A stretch of 64,000 nt of DNA from Alphaproteobacteria bacterium. Its GTDB lineage: Bacteria > Pseudomonadota > Alphaproteobacteria > MPNO01. A program made the position numbers and the translations under genes. The notes beneath the pieces are model-generated. The model saw only the letters and a program-made list of their open reading frames with translations, had not been told where the DNA came from and made no database searches. Positions 29,186 to 39,922 of the stretch are shown here, piece after piece (within the stretch, counting starts at the first letter, position 1; each line of letters opens with the position of its first letter). The stretch is from positions 672,001 through 736,000 of the forward strand of contig CBDFLJ010000002.1 in assembly GCA_965248835.1 (NCBI GenBank). The letters are read 5' to 3'.

Positions 29186-29863
29186 ATGGACAATCCCTTC
29201 GGTTATTTCAACAGCTCGCCCGAGGTAATCCGCCTCGCGGTGATGACGTATATCCGCTATCCGCTGTCGTTGCGGCGGGTCGAAGACATTCTTTTCGAAC
29301 GAGGTATCGACATTTGCCACGAGACCGAGCGGTACTGGTGGAACCGCTTTGGCCCCGTGTTTGCCGCCGAGATCCGGAAACGCCGCGTTCGTAATGGATC
29401 CTATTCGCTGTGGTGCTGGCATCTTGATGAGGTGTTCGTCCGCATCAACGGTGAGACACATTATCTATGGCGTGCCGTTGACCATGAAGGCGAAGTCCTT
29501 GAGGTTTTTGCCACGAAACGGCGGGACCGCGAAGCCGCGCTCAGGTTTCTGAAGCGGGCTATGAAGCGCTATGGCCGGCCGGCCACGATCGTCACGGACA
29601 GGCTACAATCATACCGGGCAGCGATGGAGGTGATCGGCAACGAGGGCAGCCGGGAGGACAGGCGTTGGCTCAACAACCGGGCAGAAAACTCACATCGACC
29701 CTTCCGACGACGGGAACGCGCAATGGCCAAATTCAGGGACGTAAAAACTCTGCAGAAATTCGCCTCCGTCGATGCCTCGGTCCACAACCATTTCAACCAC
29801 CAACGCCATCTCAACCGCCGCGACATTTTCAAACAAGACCGGGCTGCTGCGCTGGCCGAGTAG
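29186..29863 (+). CDS. IS6-family transposase (TAG a few codons before the usual end)
   Basis: WHLDEVFV, YLWRAVD, IVTD and LNNRAENSH. Confidence 0.85.
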   Translation: MDNPFGYFNSSPEVIRLAVMTYIRYPLSLRRVEDILFERGIDICHETERYWWNRFGPVFAAEIRKRRVRNGSYSLWCWHLDEVFVRINGETHYLWRAVDHEGEVLEVFATKRRDREAALRFLKRAMKRYGRPATIVTDRLQSYRAAMEVIGNEGSREDRRWLNNRAENSHRPFRRRERAMAKFRDVKTLQKFASVDASVHNHFNHQRHLNRRDIFKQDRAAALAE

Positions 29864-30641
29864 AGGCAACTTGCAGCCTAAGAGCCGATCCGGAAAGTTT
29901 GAATCTATGGTGAGTGTGTTGCGGCGAGTCTGCGCAGCATGATGCGGATCATGGCGAGTCGGATGAAGGCGACGACGGATCGAACGTGACGTTCGAAGTC
30001 GCGAGCGAGGCGCCTGTTGCGGCTGATCCAGGCGAAGGTGCGTTCGACAATCCAACGCTTTGGCAGCACCTCGAAGCGGGGCACGTCGTTGCGCTTGACG
30101 ATCTCGAGCCGCCACCCCCCGGTCTTGGCGACAGTCGCGGCCATCTTCGGTCCCTGATAGCCGCCGTCGGCGTAGATCACCTCGATGAATGGGAACCGTC
30201 GCCGGGTGCGGCGCAAGAGCTCGTGGGCACCGTCGCGATCCTGAACGTCGCCGGAATGCACCACGATGCCCAGCATCAGGCCGAGCGTGTCGACCATGAT
30301 GTGCCGCTTGCGACCGGTGACCTTCTTGCCCGCATCGAAGCCTTGATCGTCGATCGACGCCCCCCTTTTTGCGCCGCCTTGGCGCTCTGGCTGTCGATGA
30401 CCGCGGCCGACGGGCTGGCTTCGCGTCCTTCCTCATCGCGCACCGCGACGTAGAGTTCATGATGGATCCGCTCCAGCGTGCCATCCCACTCCCATAGATC
30501 GAAATAGTCGTACACCGTCGACTTCGGCGGCAGATCCTTGGGCAGTGCATTCCACTGGCAGCCCGTGGACAGCACGGTGAAGATGCCGTTCAGAACCTCG
30601 CGCACGTCGACTGAGCGCTTGCGCCCGCCGCGCTTGGCAGG

Positions 30642-32033
30642 GAGCTATAGCCGAATCTTGGTGACGGCTTGGGTCAGGCGGCGGCTTGAGGTTGTTGCCT
30701 GACGGCTTCGATTCCGTCGATGAACTTTACGCCGACGATCGGCTTGGGCAACTGGTTGTGTCCGTCGAGGCGGCGCCAACTGTTCTGTGCCGCCTGGGCG
30801 AGTTTGAAGACCATGGCGAGCGCCGTCTTGTTGGAGAGGCATCCCTTGGATCGCACGGTACGGTGTCGCACGGTGGCGAATGTGCTTTCGATGGGGTTGG
30901 TGGTGCGCAGATGCTTCCAATGCTCGGCGGGAAAGTCGTAGAACGCCAGCATCGTCTCGCGATCCTTGACCAGGCATGCGGCCGCCTTGTCGTACTTGAC
31001 GGCGTAGGTCTCGATGAAGGCGTCGAAGGCGCTGTCTGCGTCGTTCCTGGTCTCGGCCATCCAGATCTCCTGGAGAGCACGCTTTGCCTTCGAGTGCTGG
31101 CTCTTGGGCAGCTTGTTGAGCATGTTGGCGGTCTTGTGCACCCAACAGCGCTGGCTGCGGGTCCGGGGCCACACTTCCTCGATCGCCTTCCAGAAGCCGA
31201 GCGCGCCGTCGGCGATGGCGAGTTCGGGCGCGACCGCGAGCCCGCGCCGTTTGAGGTCAAGTAGCAGCTCGCGCCACGATTGGGCGCTCTCGCGCACCCC
31301 GTCGACGAGGCCTACGAGTTCCTTCTTACCCTCCGGCGTCGCGCCGATGATGACCAGCAGGCATTGCGCATCGTCCTCGAGCCGGGCCTGCACATGGATG
31401 CCGTCGGCCCAGAAGTAGACATAGTGCCTGGCCGACAGATCCCGCTTCAGCCAGTGCGCGTGCTCGTCCGCCCAAACCTCGGTGAGCCGCGCCACGGTCG
31501 AGGCCGACAAGCCGCCGGCGTCCGGCCCGAGCAAGGCCGCCAGCGCCTCGGCGAAGTCGCCCGTGGAGATGCCCTTGAGGTAGAGGACGGGGATCAGGAC
31601 TTCGAGGCTCTTCGAGCGCCGCGCATAAGGCGGCAGGAGCGCGGAGCTGAACCGGATGCGGTCGGCGCCCAGGCCCGTGCGGTCGCGAACGCGTGGCGCG
31701 CGAACCGCAACCGGGCCGATGCCGGTCATGATCTCGCGTTCGGGCAGGTGGCCGTGGCGCACCAGCCGTCGGCGGCCTTCTTCGGTGCGCGCCTCGGAGT
31801 GGCCATCAAGGAACGCGGCAACCTCCGCCTCGACCGCCCGCGCCAGCAGGGACCGGGCGCCGCTGCGCAGCACCTCGGTCAACGGATCGGAAAACGTCGA
31901 TGGCTGGGAAAGCTTCAAAACGTTATTGTCGCTCACGGCGTATCACTCCTTCGTTGGAGAGGTGGAGGCTCGATCACCCCCACGATACGCCGCCTTAACC
32001 CTTCACCCCGTCACCAACTTCTGGCCATAGCTC
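30642..32033 (-). mobile_element. IS256-family element with a 9-bp target duplication CTTGGCAGG
   Basis: Duplication at 30633-30641 and 32034-32042. IRs GAGCTATAGCCGAATCTTGGTGACG and GAGCTATGGCCAGAAGTTGGTGACG. Confidence 0.9.
30674..31936 (-). CDS. IS256-family transposase, intact
   Basis: WADGIH, IADGALGFW, QRCWVHK and RTTNPIESTF. Confidence 0.95.
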   Translation of the reverse strand: MSDNNVLKLSQPSTFSDPLTEVLRSGARSLLARAVEAEVAAFLDGHSEARTEEGRRRLVRHGHLPEREIMTGIGPVAVRAPRVRDRTGLGADRIRFSSALLPPYARRSKSLEVLIPVLYLKGISTGDFAEALAALLGPDAGGLSASTVARLTEVWADEHAHWLKRDLSARHYVYFWADGIHVQARLEDDAQCLLVIIGATPEGKKELVGLVDGVRESAQSWRELLLDLKRRGLAVAPELAIADGALGFWKAIEEVWPRTRSQRCWVHKTANMLNKLPKSQHSKAKRALQEIWMAETRNDADSAFDAFIETYAVKYDKAAACLVKDRETMLAFYDFPAEHWKHLRTTNPIESTFATVRHRTVRSKGCLSNKTALAMVFKLAQAAQNSWRRLDGHNQLPKPIVGVKFIDGIEAVRQQPQAAA

Positions 32034-32223
32034 CTTGGCAGGCGGGATCATTGGCGCGATCAGCGCCCACTCGGCGTCGGTCAGATCACTCGGATAGCGA
32101 AGTCCGCGACGCTCCGCCGCGCGGCGGTGTTCCGCAGTCCACATCGGGCTTCCTCCTGTAAACCGGATGCCCAGCACAGAATCACAAACGATTCTTCCGA
32201 TTCAAGAACTTTCCGGAAGGGCT

Positions 32224-33264
32224 CTAAGGGGCATCAACTGAAGGTTCTGCAGGTCCAGGCCATTTAGTCTGACAATGCCCTCTTCCGTGCGGCCGGCATG
32301 TGGCGACGTTATCCAGGTACCACCGGTAGGTCGCGGCGATTCCCTCGGCCAGGCCGATCCGCGGCTGCCAGCCCAGCGCGGCCAGCCTCCCGCCCGCCAG
32401 CGCCTTGCGCGGCGCGCCGTCGGGGTACTCGGTGCGGAAGACGATTTCGCCCTCGAACCCGACCTCCGCGGCAACCAGTTCGGCCAGCGCGTGGATCGAC
32501 AACTCCTGCCCGCTGCCGACATTGATGTGCGACTCGTCCGAATAGGTCTTCATCAGGTGGACCAGCGCATCGGCGAGGTCGTCGATATGCATGAACTCGC
32601 GCAACGGATCGCCGCTGCCGCACACCTCGAAAGACCCGCCGAGCCGCTTCGCCCGATCCGCCTTGACCAGAAGCGCCGGCAGGACATGGCTGGTTTCCAG
32701 GTCGAAATCGTCGTTCGGCCCATAGAGGTTGGTCGGCATCGCCGAGATGAAATCGCAGCCGTGCTGGCGGCGGTAGGACTGGCACAACCTGATACCGGCG
32801 ATCTTGGCGATGGCGTACCACTGGTTGGTCGGCTCCAGCGGGCCGGTGAGCAGCGCCTCTTCGGCCATCGGCTGCGGCGCCAATCGGGGGTAGATGCACG
32901 ATGAGCCGAGGAACAGCAGCTTCTCCGCTCCGGTCTCGCGGGCGCCGTGGATAATATTGGCTTCGATCAACAGGTTGTCGTACAGGAAGTCGGCCGGATA
33001 TCTGTCGTTGGCGCGGATTCCGCCCACCGTCGCGGCGGCCAGGAACACCGCCTGGGGCCGGGTTTCGCGCATCCAGCGCTCGACATCGTGCTGGCGGCGA
33101 AGATCGAGCTGGCCACGGTCGACACTCAGGATCTCGCAGCCCTCGCCGACCAGCCGGCGCAACAGCGCCGCGCCGACCATTCCGCGATGGCCAGCCACCC
33201 AGACACGCTTGCCGGCAAGCTCATAAGGCAAGGCTTGACCGCCCGAGGTCGCGTGCGCCGCCAT
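32224..33264 (-). CDS. fcl: GDP-L-fucose synthase; C-terminal tail reads into the IS6 end
   Basis: [31 protein letters not shown] and [10 protein letters not shown]. Confidence 0.93.
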   Translation of the reverse strand: MAAHATSGGQALPYELAGKRVWVAGHRGMVGAALLRRLVGEGCEILSVDRGQLDLRRQHDVERWMRETRPQAVFLAAATVGGIRANDRYPADFLYDNLLIEANIIHGARETGAEKLLFLGSSCIYPRLAPQPMAEEALLTGPLEPTNQWYAIAKIAGIRLCQSYRRQHGCDFISAMPTNLYGPNDDFDLETSHVLPALLVKADRAKRLGGSFEVCGSGDPLREFMHIDDLADALVHLMKTYSDESHINVGSGQELSIHALAELVAAEVGFEGEIVFRTEYPDGAPRKALAGGRLAALGWQPRIGLAEGIAATYRWYLDNVATCRPHGRGHCQTKWPGPAEPSVDAP

Positions 33265-34312
33265 TGGCCAAGGCGGCCATGTCGCTTGCCACCATCTCCC
33301 GCACGAGCTCCTCGAAGGTGGTGCACGCTCGCCAACCGAGCCGCTGGTGCGCCTTGCTCGCGTCGCCCAGCAGCGTATCGACCTCGGTGGGCCGGAAATA
33401 GCGTGGGTCTACGCGCACTAGGACTGCGCCGCTGGCGGCGTCGACGCCGATCTCGTCGACGCCCTCGCCGGACCAGGTGATCCGGTACCCGGCTTCGGCG
33501 AAGGCGAGCTCGACGAACTCTCGCACCGAATGGCTTTGCCCGGTCGCCAGCACATAGTCGTCGGGCTCGTCCTGCTGCAGCATCAACCACATTCCCTCGA
33601 CATAGTCACGGACATGGCCCCAATCGCGCCACGCATCGAGATTGCCGAGATAGAGGCAGTCTTGCTGCCGGGCATGGATCGCCGCCACGGCGCGGGTGAT
33701 CTTGCGGGTGACGAAGGTCTCGCCGCGGGTCGGACCTTCGTGGTTGAACAAAATGCCATTGGAGGCATGGAAGCCGTAGGCTTCGCGGTAGTTCACCGTG
33801 ATCCAATAGGCATAGAGCTTTGCCGCCGCGTAAGGGCTGCGCGGATGAAACGGCGTGGTTTCGCGCTGCGGCGACTCGCGCGCCATTCCATACAGTTCCG
33901 ACGTCGAAGCCTGGTAGAACCGGACCCGATCGGAGATGCCAAGAATGCGAATCGCCTCAAGCAAGCGCAAAGTGCCGAGTGCATCGGCGTTCGCGGTGTA
34001 TTCCGGGGTCTCGAAGCTGACCTGAACATGGCTTTGCGCGGCCAGATTGTAGATTTCGGTCGGCTGGGTTTCCTGCACGATGCGGATCAGATTCGACGCG
34101 TCGGTGAGGTCGCCGTAATGCAGGTAGAAATCGGTCTTTCCGACATTGTGCTCATGCGGATCGACATAAAGGTGATCGACACGGTCGGTGTTGATCAGCG
34201 AAGACCGCCGCTTGATTCCATGCACCTGGTAGCCCTTGTCGAGCAGAAACTCGGCAAGACAGGCGCCGTCCTGGCCGGTCGCGCCAGTGATCAAGGCAAC
34301 ATGACCGGGCAT
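33221..34312 (-). CDS. gmd: GDP-mannose 4,6-dehydratase
   Basis: [35 protein letters not shown] and [10 protein letters not shown]. Confidence 0.95.
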   Translation of the reverse strand: MPGHVALITGATGQDGACLAEFLLDKGYQVHGIKRRSSLINTDRVDHLYVDPHEHNVGKTDFYLHYGDLTDASNLIRIVQETQPTEIYNLAAQSHVQVSFETPEYTANADALGTLRLLEAIRILGISDRVRFYQASTSELYGMARESPQRETTPFHPRSPYAAAKLYAYWITVNYREAYGFHASNGILFNHEGPTRGETFVTRKITRAVAAIHARQQDCLYLGNLDAWRDWGHVRDYVEGMWLMLQQDEPDDYVLATGQSHSVREFVELAFAEAGYRITWSGEGVDEIGVDAASGAVLVRVDPRYFRPTEVDTLLGDASKAHQRLGWRACTTFEELVREMVASDMAALANGGARDLGRSSLAL

Positions 34313-34531
34313 GCGAAGCGCCGTTCCTTCAATACCTGGGCGCCGCCAACTTAACGCAAAGCGCCGAGCGGTTCAAACGGATAGCGAAGATCGGCCGGCC
34401 GCGGGCCGAGGGTGACTCGAAAAACCGAGGACAGTGAGTTGATTTTGAACCGAATAATAAGCATCGTAGCCGGTTTTTCCCGGCTCGATCGGAAATGCTT
34501 TAGGCTGTTCGGATCACAGTGGGGAAATGCC

Positions 34532-35105
34532 GTGAGCGCGGTGTTCATCACCTCTTCCGGGACCGGGATCGGCAAGACGTGGTTGCCGCCGCGCTCGCCT
34601 GCCAGTTGGACGAGGCCGGTCGCGCGGCCAGGGTGTTGAAACCCGTATTGAGCGGGTTCGATCCGGACGCCTCGGAATCCTCCGATGCCGCGGCGCGGCG
34701 TTGTGCGACTCCTGCCGCGCGGCGATCGCGGAGGCCCGCGCGGCCGGACAGGCGCTGATCATCGAGGGGGTCGGTGGCGTGATGGTCCCCTTGAACCGGC
34801 GCCCGACGGTGCTCGATTGGATCGATGTGCTGGCGATTCCGGCGGTCCTGGTCGTCGGCAGCTATCTGGGCGCGCTGAGCCGCGCTTTGAGCGCGGCCTC
34901 GGTGCTCGCCGAGCGCGGCATCGGATTGGCGGTGATCGTCGTCAGCGAATCAGCCCAGAGCGTCGGCATCGAGGCGACCGTGGAGACGCTGGGTGATTTC
35001 TTGCCCGGCGCGAAAATACTTGGCGTGCCGCGAATCGAGACCGCCGCCGAGCCGTGGCGCCGGGCGCCGGGCGCCGGCACTGGGGAGATCTGCCTCGACG
35101 GTTAG
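34532..35105 (+). pseudogene. bioD: Dethiobiotin synthase remnant (frameshifts and internal deletion)
   Basis: VFITSSGTGIGKT, LKPVLSG, IIEGVGGVMVPL and VVGSYLG split across frames. Confidence 0.8.
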
Positions 35106-36407
35106 AGCGCCTGGACGATCTCCTCGGTCATCTTCTTGGCGTCGTCGAACAGCATCATGGTGTTGTCTCTGTAGAACAGCTCGTTGTCGACCCCGGCATA
35201 GCCCGGGGCGAGCGAGCGCTTGACGAACAGCACCGTGCTCGATTTGGCGACCTCCAGGATCGGCATGCCGAAGATCGGGCTCTGCGGGTCGGTCTTGGCC
35301 GCCGGGTTGGTGACGTCGTTGGCGCCGATGACGTATGCAACGTCCGCGGTCGCGAACGCGTTGTTGATCTCCTCGAGCTCGAAGACCTCGTCGTAGGGAA
35401 CACTCGCCTCGGCCAGGAGCACGTTCATATGCCCCGGCATGCGGCCGGCGACCGGATGGATCGCAAAGGCGATGTCGACGCCTTTGTCCTTCAACATGTC
35501 GGTCATCTCGCGCAGCGCGTGCTGGGCCTGGGCGACGGCCATCCCATAGCCGGGCACGATGATCACCTTGGACGCATTCTTCATCACGAAGGCCGCGTCC
35601 TCGGCGCTGCCCGCCTTCACGCCCCGGTCGGCCGCGTGCATGGCACTCGGCGTATCGCCGGCGATGCCGAAGCCGCCCAGGATCACGTTGAAAAAGGACC
35701 GGTTCATCCCCTTGCACATGATGTAGCTGAGGATCGCTCCGGACGAGCCGACCAGGGCACCGGTGATGATCAGCAGCGTGTTGGACAGGGTGAAGCCGAT
35801 CCCGCAGGCCGCCCATCCCGAATAGGAGTTGAGCATCGAGATCACTACCGGCATATCCGCCCCGCCGATCGGGATGATGATCAGGAACCCGAGCGCAAAC
35901 GCCAGCAGCAGCACCATCCAATAGGCCGCAACGGTCTCGGTCGAGCAGAACCAGACGCCGAGCCCGACCAGAACGACCCCGAGCGCGGCGTTCAGCGGAT
36001 GCTGGCCGCGAAAGATCAGCGGCGCGCCGGAGACCAGCCCCTGCAGCTTGGCGAAGGCCACGATCGAGCCGGAAAAGGTGACCGCGCCGACCGCGGTGCC
36101 GATCGACATCTCGATCAGGCTCGCGGTCTTGATCGACCCGATCGTACCGATGCCGTAGGACTCCGGCGAATAGAGCGCGGCCGTGGCCACCGCTGCCGCG
36201 GCGAGCCCGACAAGGCTGTGGAACGCAGCCACGAGCTGGGGCAAGGCCGTCATCCGGATGCGCAGCGCGACCACGGTGCCGATCGCACCGCCGATCAGGA
36301 TTCCGGCGGCGATGATCTCGAAGGAGATCACGTTGGGGTCCGCGAGCGTGGTCAGGATGGCGATCACCATGCCGGCGACGCCGATCGCGTTGCCGCGCCG
36401 CGCCAGG
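35102..36407 (-). pseudogene. pntB: NAD(P) transhydrogenase beta subunit lacking its native N-terminal ~30 aa
   Basis: MTALPQLVAAFHSLVG, GGADMPVVISMLNSYSGW and HPVAGRMPGHMNVLLAEA. Similarity begins abruptly at ARRGNAIG. Confidence 0.85.
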
Positions 36408-36468
36408 ATGAAGTGTCCCCCGTCAGCGCCTATGAGACAGATTGGGGGTATTGAATAAAGGAGGATAT

Positions 36469-36864
36469 CGGGTGCCTGCCCCGGAGATCATCCTGCCCCA
36501 ACTCGCCGCCTGGCCGACTCGGCGGACCGGCAGCCTGCTCGATCTGCTGGCGCGTTTCGTCCATCTGCAGACCGGAGAGAAGCGCGACAATCAGGGGCGT
36601 AGGGCAAAGGTCGAGTTGATGATCTTCCCCCGCTACCACCAACTCGATGCCGTCCGCATGTTGGTGGACGCGGCACGGCGCGACGGCGTGGGCCATAACT
36701 ACCTGATCGAGCATTCCGCCGGCGCCGGCAAGAGCAACACCATCTACTGGCTTGCCCACCGCCTCGCGTCGCTACGCGACGCGGCCGACCGGCGGGTTTT
36801 CGACAGCGTGCTCGTGGTGACCGACCGCGTGGTGCTCGACCAGAAATTGCAGGACACCATCTAC
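36469..36864 (+). pseudogene. hsdR: Internal fragment of a type I restriction subunit R
   Basis: IFPRYHQLDAV, YLIEHSAGAGKSNTI and DSVLVVTDR. Cut at an IS3 end. Confidence 0.8.
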
Positions 36865-37143
36865 TGAACCGTGCCGGGTTTGCCGGAGGCCATTTTGTTT
36901 GAGTCACGCCACCATGGGAGATTGCTCCAGCATGGCGTAGCAGAGTTCCTCGGCTTCGACCGGCGGGATGTTGCCGATGGGCTCCAGGAGCCGCCGGTTG
37001 TTGAACCAGTCCACCACAGGCCCAACAGCATCAACAGAAGAGCTCAATCCACAATGCTCTCGACAGCACCGTCACGTTCCCACTGGAGAAAAGACCGAAC
37101 ATGAACTAACTTTCAAACCGGACTACCCGGTGCGGGCCGGTCA
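36865..37143. mobile_element. Two IS3-family right-end remnants joined back to back
   Basis: Begins TGAACCGTGCCGGGTTTGCCGGAGGC with a minus-strand tail VDWFNNRRLLEPIGNIPPVEAE. Ends ...GGACTACCCGGTGCGGGCCGGTCA. Confidence 0.7.
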
Positions 37144-37182
37144 GCGCTGCATCCCACCGTAAACGAGCAAGACGCTTGACCC

Positions 37183-38595
37183 ATGGAACAGCACCTGCAG
37201 GGTCTGCCCAGTCAAAACCACTCGAAGCTCGCGTTCGTTCATCGGATAGCGGACGCTCTCATCATCATGCTCGTGCTCCGGGTGAGCGCCGCCCTCTACG
37301 GCAACGTTTGGAGCGAGCGCTACCTCACCGCGAGCGTGTTCGCAATGGCTCTCTTCTATCTCTTCGGCGAGAGCCTGCGACTCTATCGCCCCTGGCATGG
37401 CAATCCGGCGCGGGAACTGCTCCCGCTGATCATTTTCGCCTGGGTATCCGCGGGATTGGGACTCGTCGTGCTCGCCTGGATAACGAAGATCACCGCCGAT
37501 TACTCCCGGGTGACCATCGGTCTGTGGATGATCTTCACACCGCTCATTCTGATACTGTGGCGAGTAGCTCTTCGCTCACTCCTCCGTGTGCTGCGGGCGC
37601 AGAGCCAGAGCGCGCGGCGCGTGGCGATCGCCGGCGCGAACGAGCATGGCGAACGCCTCGCGGAGATCGTGACATCCACTCCGTCTCTCGGGCTGCGGCT
37701 GATCGGATTCTTCGACGATCGGCGAGCCGAGGAAGCACAGCGAAAGCAGGACCTGCCGGCACCGTTCGCCGGAGATTTCAATGCCCTGGTGGAGCAGGCG
37801 CGGGCCGGGCAGCTAGACATCATCTACATCACGCTGCCGACGAAGGCGGAAGAGCAGATCAGCCGATTAATCGATCGGCTCTCCGACACCCCCGCCGCGG
37901 TCTACATTGCTCCGAATTTCTTCATCTACAATCTGCTCCATTCCCGCTGGGTCAACGTCGAGTCGATACCGATGATCAGTGTGTTCGAGTCGCCCTTCCT
38001 AGGGATCGAGGGATGGACGAAGCGGCTCGAGGACATCGTGCTTTCGATCTTCATTCTGATCATCGCCGCGGTCCCGATGCTGGTGATTGCGGCGGCGATC
38101 CGAGTGAGCGCTCCCGGCCCGATTATATTCAAGCAGAGGCGCTATGGACTCGATGGCCGAAAGTTCATGATGTGGAAGTTTCGCACCATGACCGTAGGGG
38201 AAGACGACGAGAATCTCGTGCAGGCCCGCAAGGAAGACGATCGAGTTACCCCGCTCGGCGCGTTCCTGCGGCGCACGTCGCTCGACGAGCTGCCCCAATT
38301 CTTCAACGTCCTGCTCGGCGACATGTCCATCGTGGGACCAAGACCTCATGCGGTGGCACACAACGAGAAGTATCGCAAGCTGATCTCGGGCTACATGTTG
38401 CGCCACAAGGTAAAGCCGGGGATCACGGGGTGGGCGCAGATCAACGGTTGGCGGGGAGAAACCGATACCATCGACAAGATGGAGCGCCGGATCCAGTTCG
38501 ATCTGTGGTACATTCAGAGTTGGTCCGTCTGGTTAGACCTGCGGATTATCGCGACGACGGTATTTCGGGGCTTTGTCAACGAGAACGCGTATTGA
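37183..38595 (+). CDS. wcaJ: Undecaprenyl-phosphate glucose phosphotransferase
   Basis: KRLEDIV, FKQRRYG, WKFRTM, SLDELPQF, GDMSIVGPRPHA and VKPGITGWAQ. Confidence 0.93.
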   Translation: MEQHLQGLPSQNHSKLAFVHRIADALIIMLVLRVSAALYGNVWSERYLTASVFAMALFYLFGESLRLYRPWHGNPARELLPLIIFAWVSAGLGLVVLAWITKITADYSRVTIGLWMIFTPLILILWRVALRSLLRVLRAQSQSARRVAIAGANEHGERLAEIVTSTPSLGLRLIGFFDDRRAEEAQRKQDLPAPFAGDFNALVEQARAGQLDIIYITLPTKAEEQISRLIDRLSDTPAAVYIAPNFFIYNLLHSRWVNVESIPMISVFESPFLGIEGWTKRLEDIVLSIFILIIAAVPMLVIAAAIRVSAPGPIIFKQRRYGLDGRKFMMWKFRTMTVGEDDENLVQARKEDDRVTPLGAFLRRTSLDELPQFFNVLLGDMSIVGPRPHAVAHNEKYRKLISGYMLRHKVKPGITGWAQINGWRGETDTIDKMERRIQFDLWYIQSWSVWLDLRIIATTVFRGFVNENAY

Positions 38596-38612
38596 GACCG
38601 GAAAAGGCCAGC

Positions 38613-38978
38613 ATGGAGCGCATTCTTGTCACCCGAGCCTGGGGATTCATTGGCCATCACCTGATCACCTATCTCAAAGAGCGGCAGTACTGGGGTGCGC
38701 GGGGTCGACATCAAGCAACCCGAGTTCATCGGTACCGACGCCGACGAGTTCGAACTGCTCGATCTCCGGCGCTGGGATGACTGCCTGCGAGCCACCCGTG
38801 ATGTCGACCACGTCTACGCGCTGGCGGCCGACATGGGCGGAATGGGATTCATCTCGTCGAACCATGCGACCATCCTGCGCAACAACGCACTGATCAACCT
38901 CCACACTTTGGATACGGCACGGGTCAATAGCGTGGGCCGCTACCTATTCACGTCTTCTGGGTGCATTTTCCCCGAGCA
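38613..38978 (+). pseudogene. NAD-dependent epimerase (GDP-mannose 3,5-epimerase-like) 5' fragment, frameshifted and truncated
   Basis: MERILVTRAWGFIGHHL, RGVDIK, LAADMGGMGFI and TSSGCIFP. Confidence 0.75.
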
Positions 38979-39045
38979 TCACTCGTATTCGAACTGGCGC
39001 TGGCACCTTGATGAGGTGTTTGTCCGGATCAACGGCGAGACACAT
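38979..39045 (+). mobile_element. Short internal IS6 transposase fragment
   Basis: WRWHLDEVFVRINGETH, closely similar to 29410-29461. Confidence 0.7.
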
Positions 39046-39197
39046 TGCACGCATCCGGTGAGGGCCGCTTTGTCGTATTTGGCGTAATTACCGAGTTTGT
39101 CACCTTCTGAAGTGGGCACTTTGGTTGTGCCCACGATGTCGAAGGTGGGCACGATCTTGATGTCGGAGGATATTGTTCCGATCGAAGCGATTGGGGT

Positions 39198-39540
39198 TGA
39201 CCTTCCCCCCGTGATCCGGGCCATAGCGGAAGAGAGTTTTCCCGAGGCGACTTTTGAAGGGAGAACTCGACATGAAGCGGAATCGGTTTACGGACGAACA
39301 GATCATCGGTGTGCTTCGGGAGCATGAGGCCGGCGGGACGGCGCGGGATCTGTGCCGTCGTCATGGGATCTCGGAGCAGACCTTCTATCGCTGGAAGTCG
39401 AAGTACGGCGGCATGGGCGTGTCCGAAGCGCGGCGCCTGAAGGATCTGGAATCGGAGAACGCCAAACTGAAGCGTCTTCTGGCGGAAGCGCACTTGGACA
39501 ACGCCTCGCTGAAGGATCTGCTATCAAAAAACTCTGGCAA
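39198..39540 (+). mobile_element. Truncated IS3-family element (left IR and orfA only)
   Basis: TGACCTTCCCCC end. OrfA MKRNRFTDEQII...ISEQTFYRWKSKYGG. A6C slippery site near 39526. Confidence 0.8.
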
Positions 39541-39637
39541 CACGGGCAGCTTCGCATGAGCTCCGCAAGGGTGAGGTGGCGCCGGAAAATCGGACAGGTA
39601 GCTAAGGTGTATTCCACCGCCTGACGGAGGAATACAG

Positions 39638-39922
39638 ATGAGCAGCAAACGACGCAGATTTTCAGGGGAGCTGAAGGCGAAGGTGGCGTTGGCGGCGCTT
39701 CGGGGCGACCGGACGCTTCAGGAGATCGCCTCGCAGCATCAGGTTCATCCGAACCAGGTAGGCGCCTGGAAGCGCCAGGCGATGGAGGGTCTGGTGGAGG
39801 TATTCTCGAAGGGCGCCGAGCGTCGGGTCCGGGACCATGAGAGCGAGGTCCGCGATCTTCACGCCAAGATCGGGGAGCTGATCGTGGAGCGGGATTTTTT
39901 ATCGCGCGGGTCCGGTCGATGA
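39638..39922 (+). CDS. IS3 transposase OrfA
   Basis: RRRFSGELKAKVAL and HQVHPNQV...WK. Confidence 0.9.
   Translation: MSSKRRRFSGELKAKVALAALRGDRTLQEIASQHQVHPNQVGAWKRQAMEGLVEVFSKGAERRVRDHESEVRDLHAKIGELIVERDFLSRGSGR

Larger units (their letters stand above)
29882..32224 (-). mobile_element. IS5-family element inserted in the IS6 with a TAA duplication; itself interrupted by IS256
   Basis: IRs GAGCCGATCCGGAAAGTT and GAGCCCTTCCGGAAAGTT. TAA at 29879-29881 and 32225-32227. Motifs YPSDLTDAEW, GCQWNALP, IDSQS and KRWIVERTFAW. A-run/G-run frameshift site near 30360-30370. Confidence 0.9.
29129..32279 (+). mobile_element. IS6-family element (outer layer of a nested stack)
   Basis: IRs GGCACTGTCAGAGTAA and GGCATTGTCAGACTAA (rc). 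No flanking direct repeat. Confidence 0.85.

Noticed and set aside
39046-39197. Short lower-GC coding-like fragment between IS pieces
   Set aside because: Too short to assign. Probably debris.
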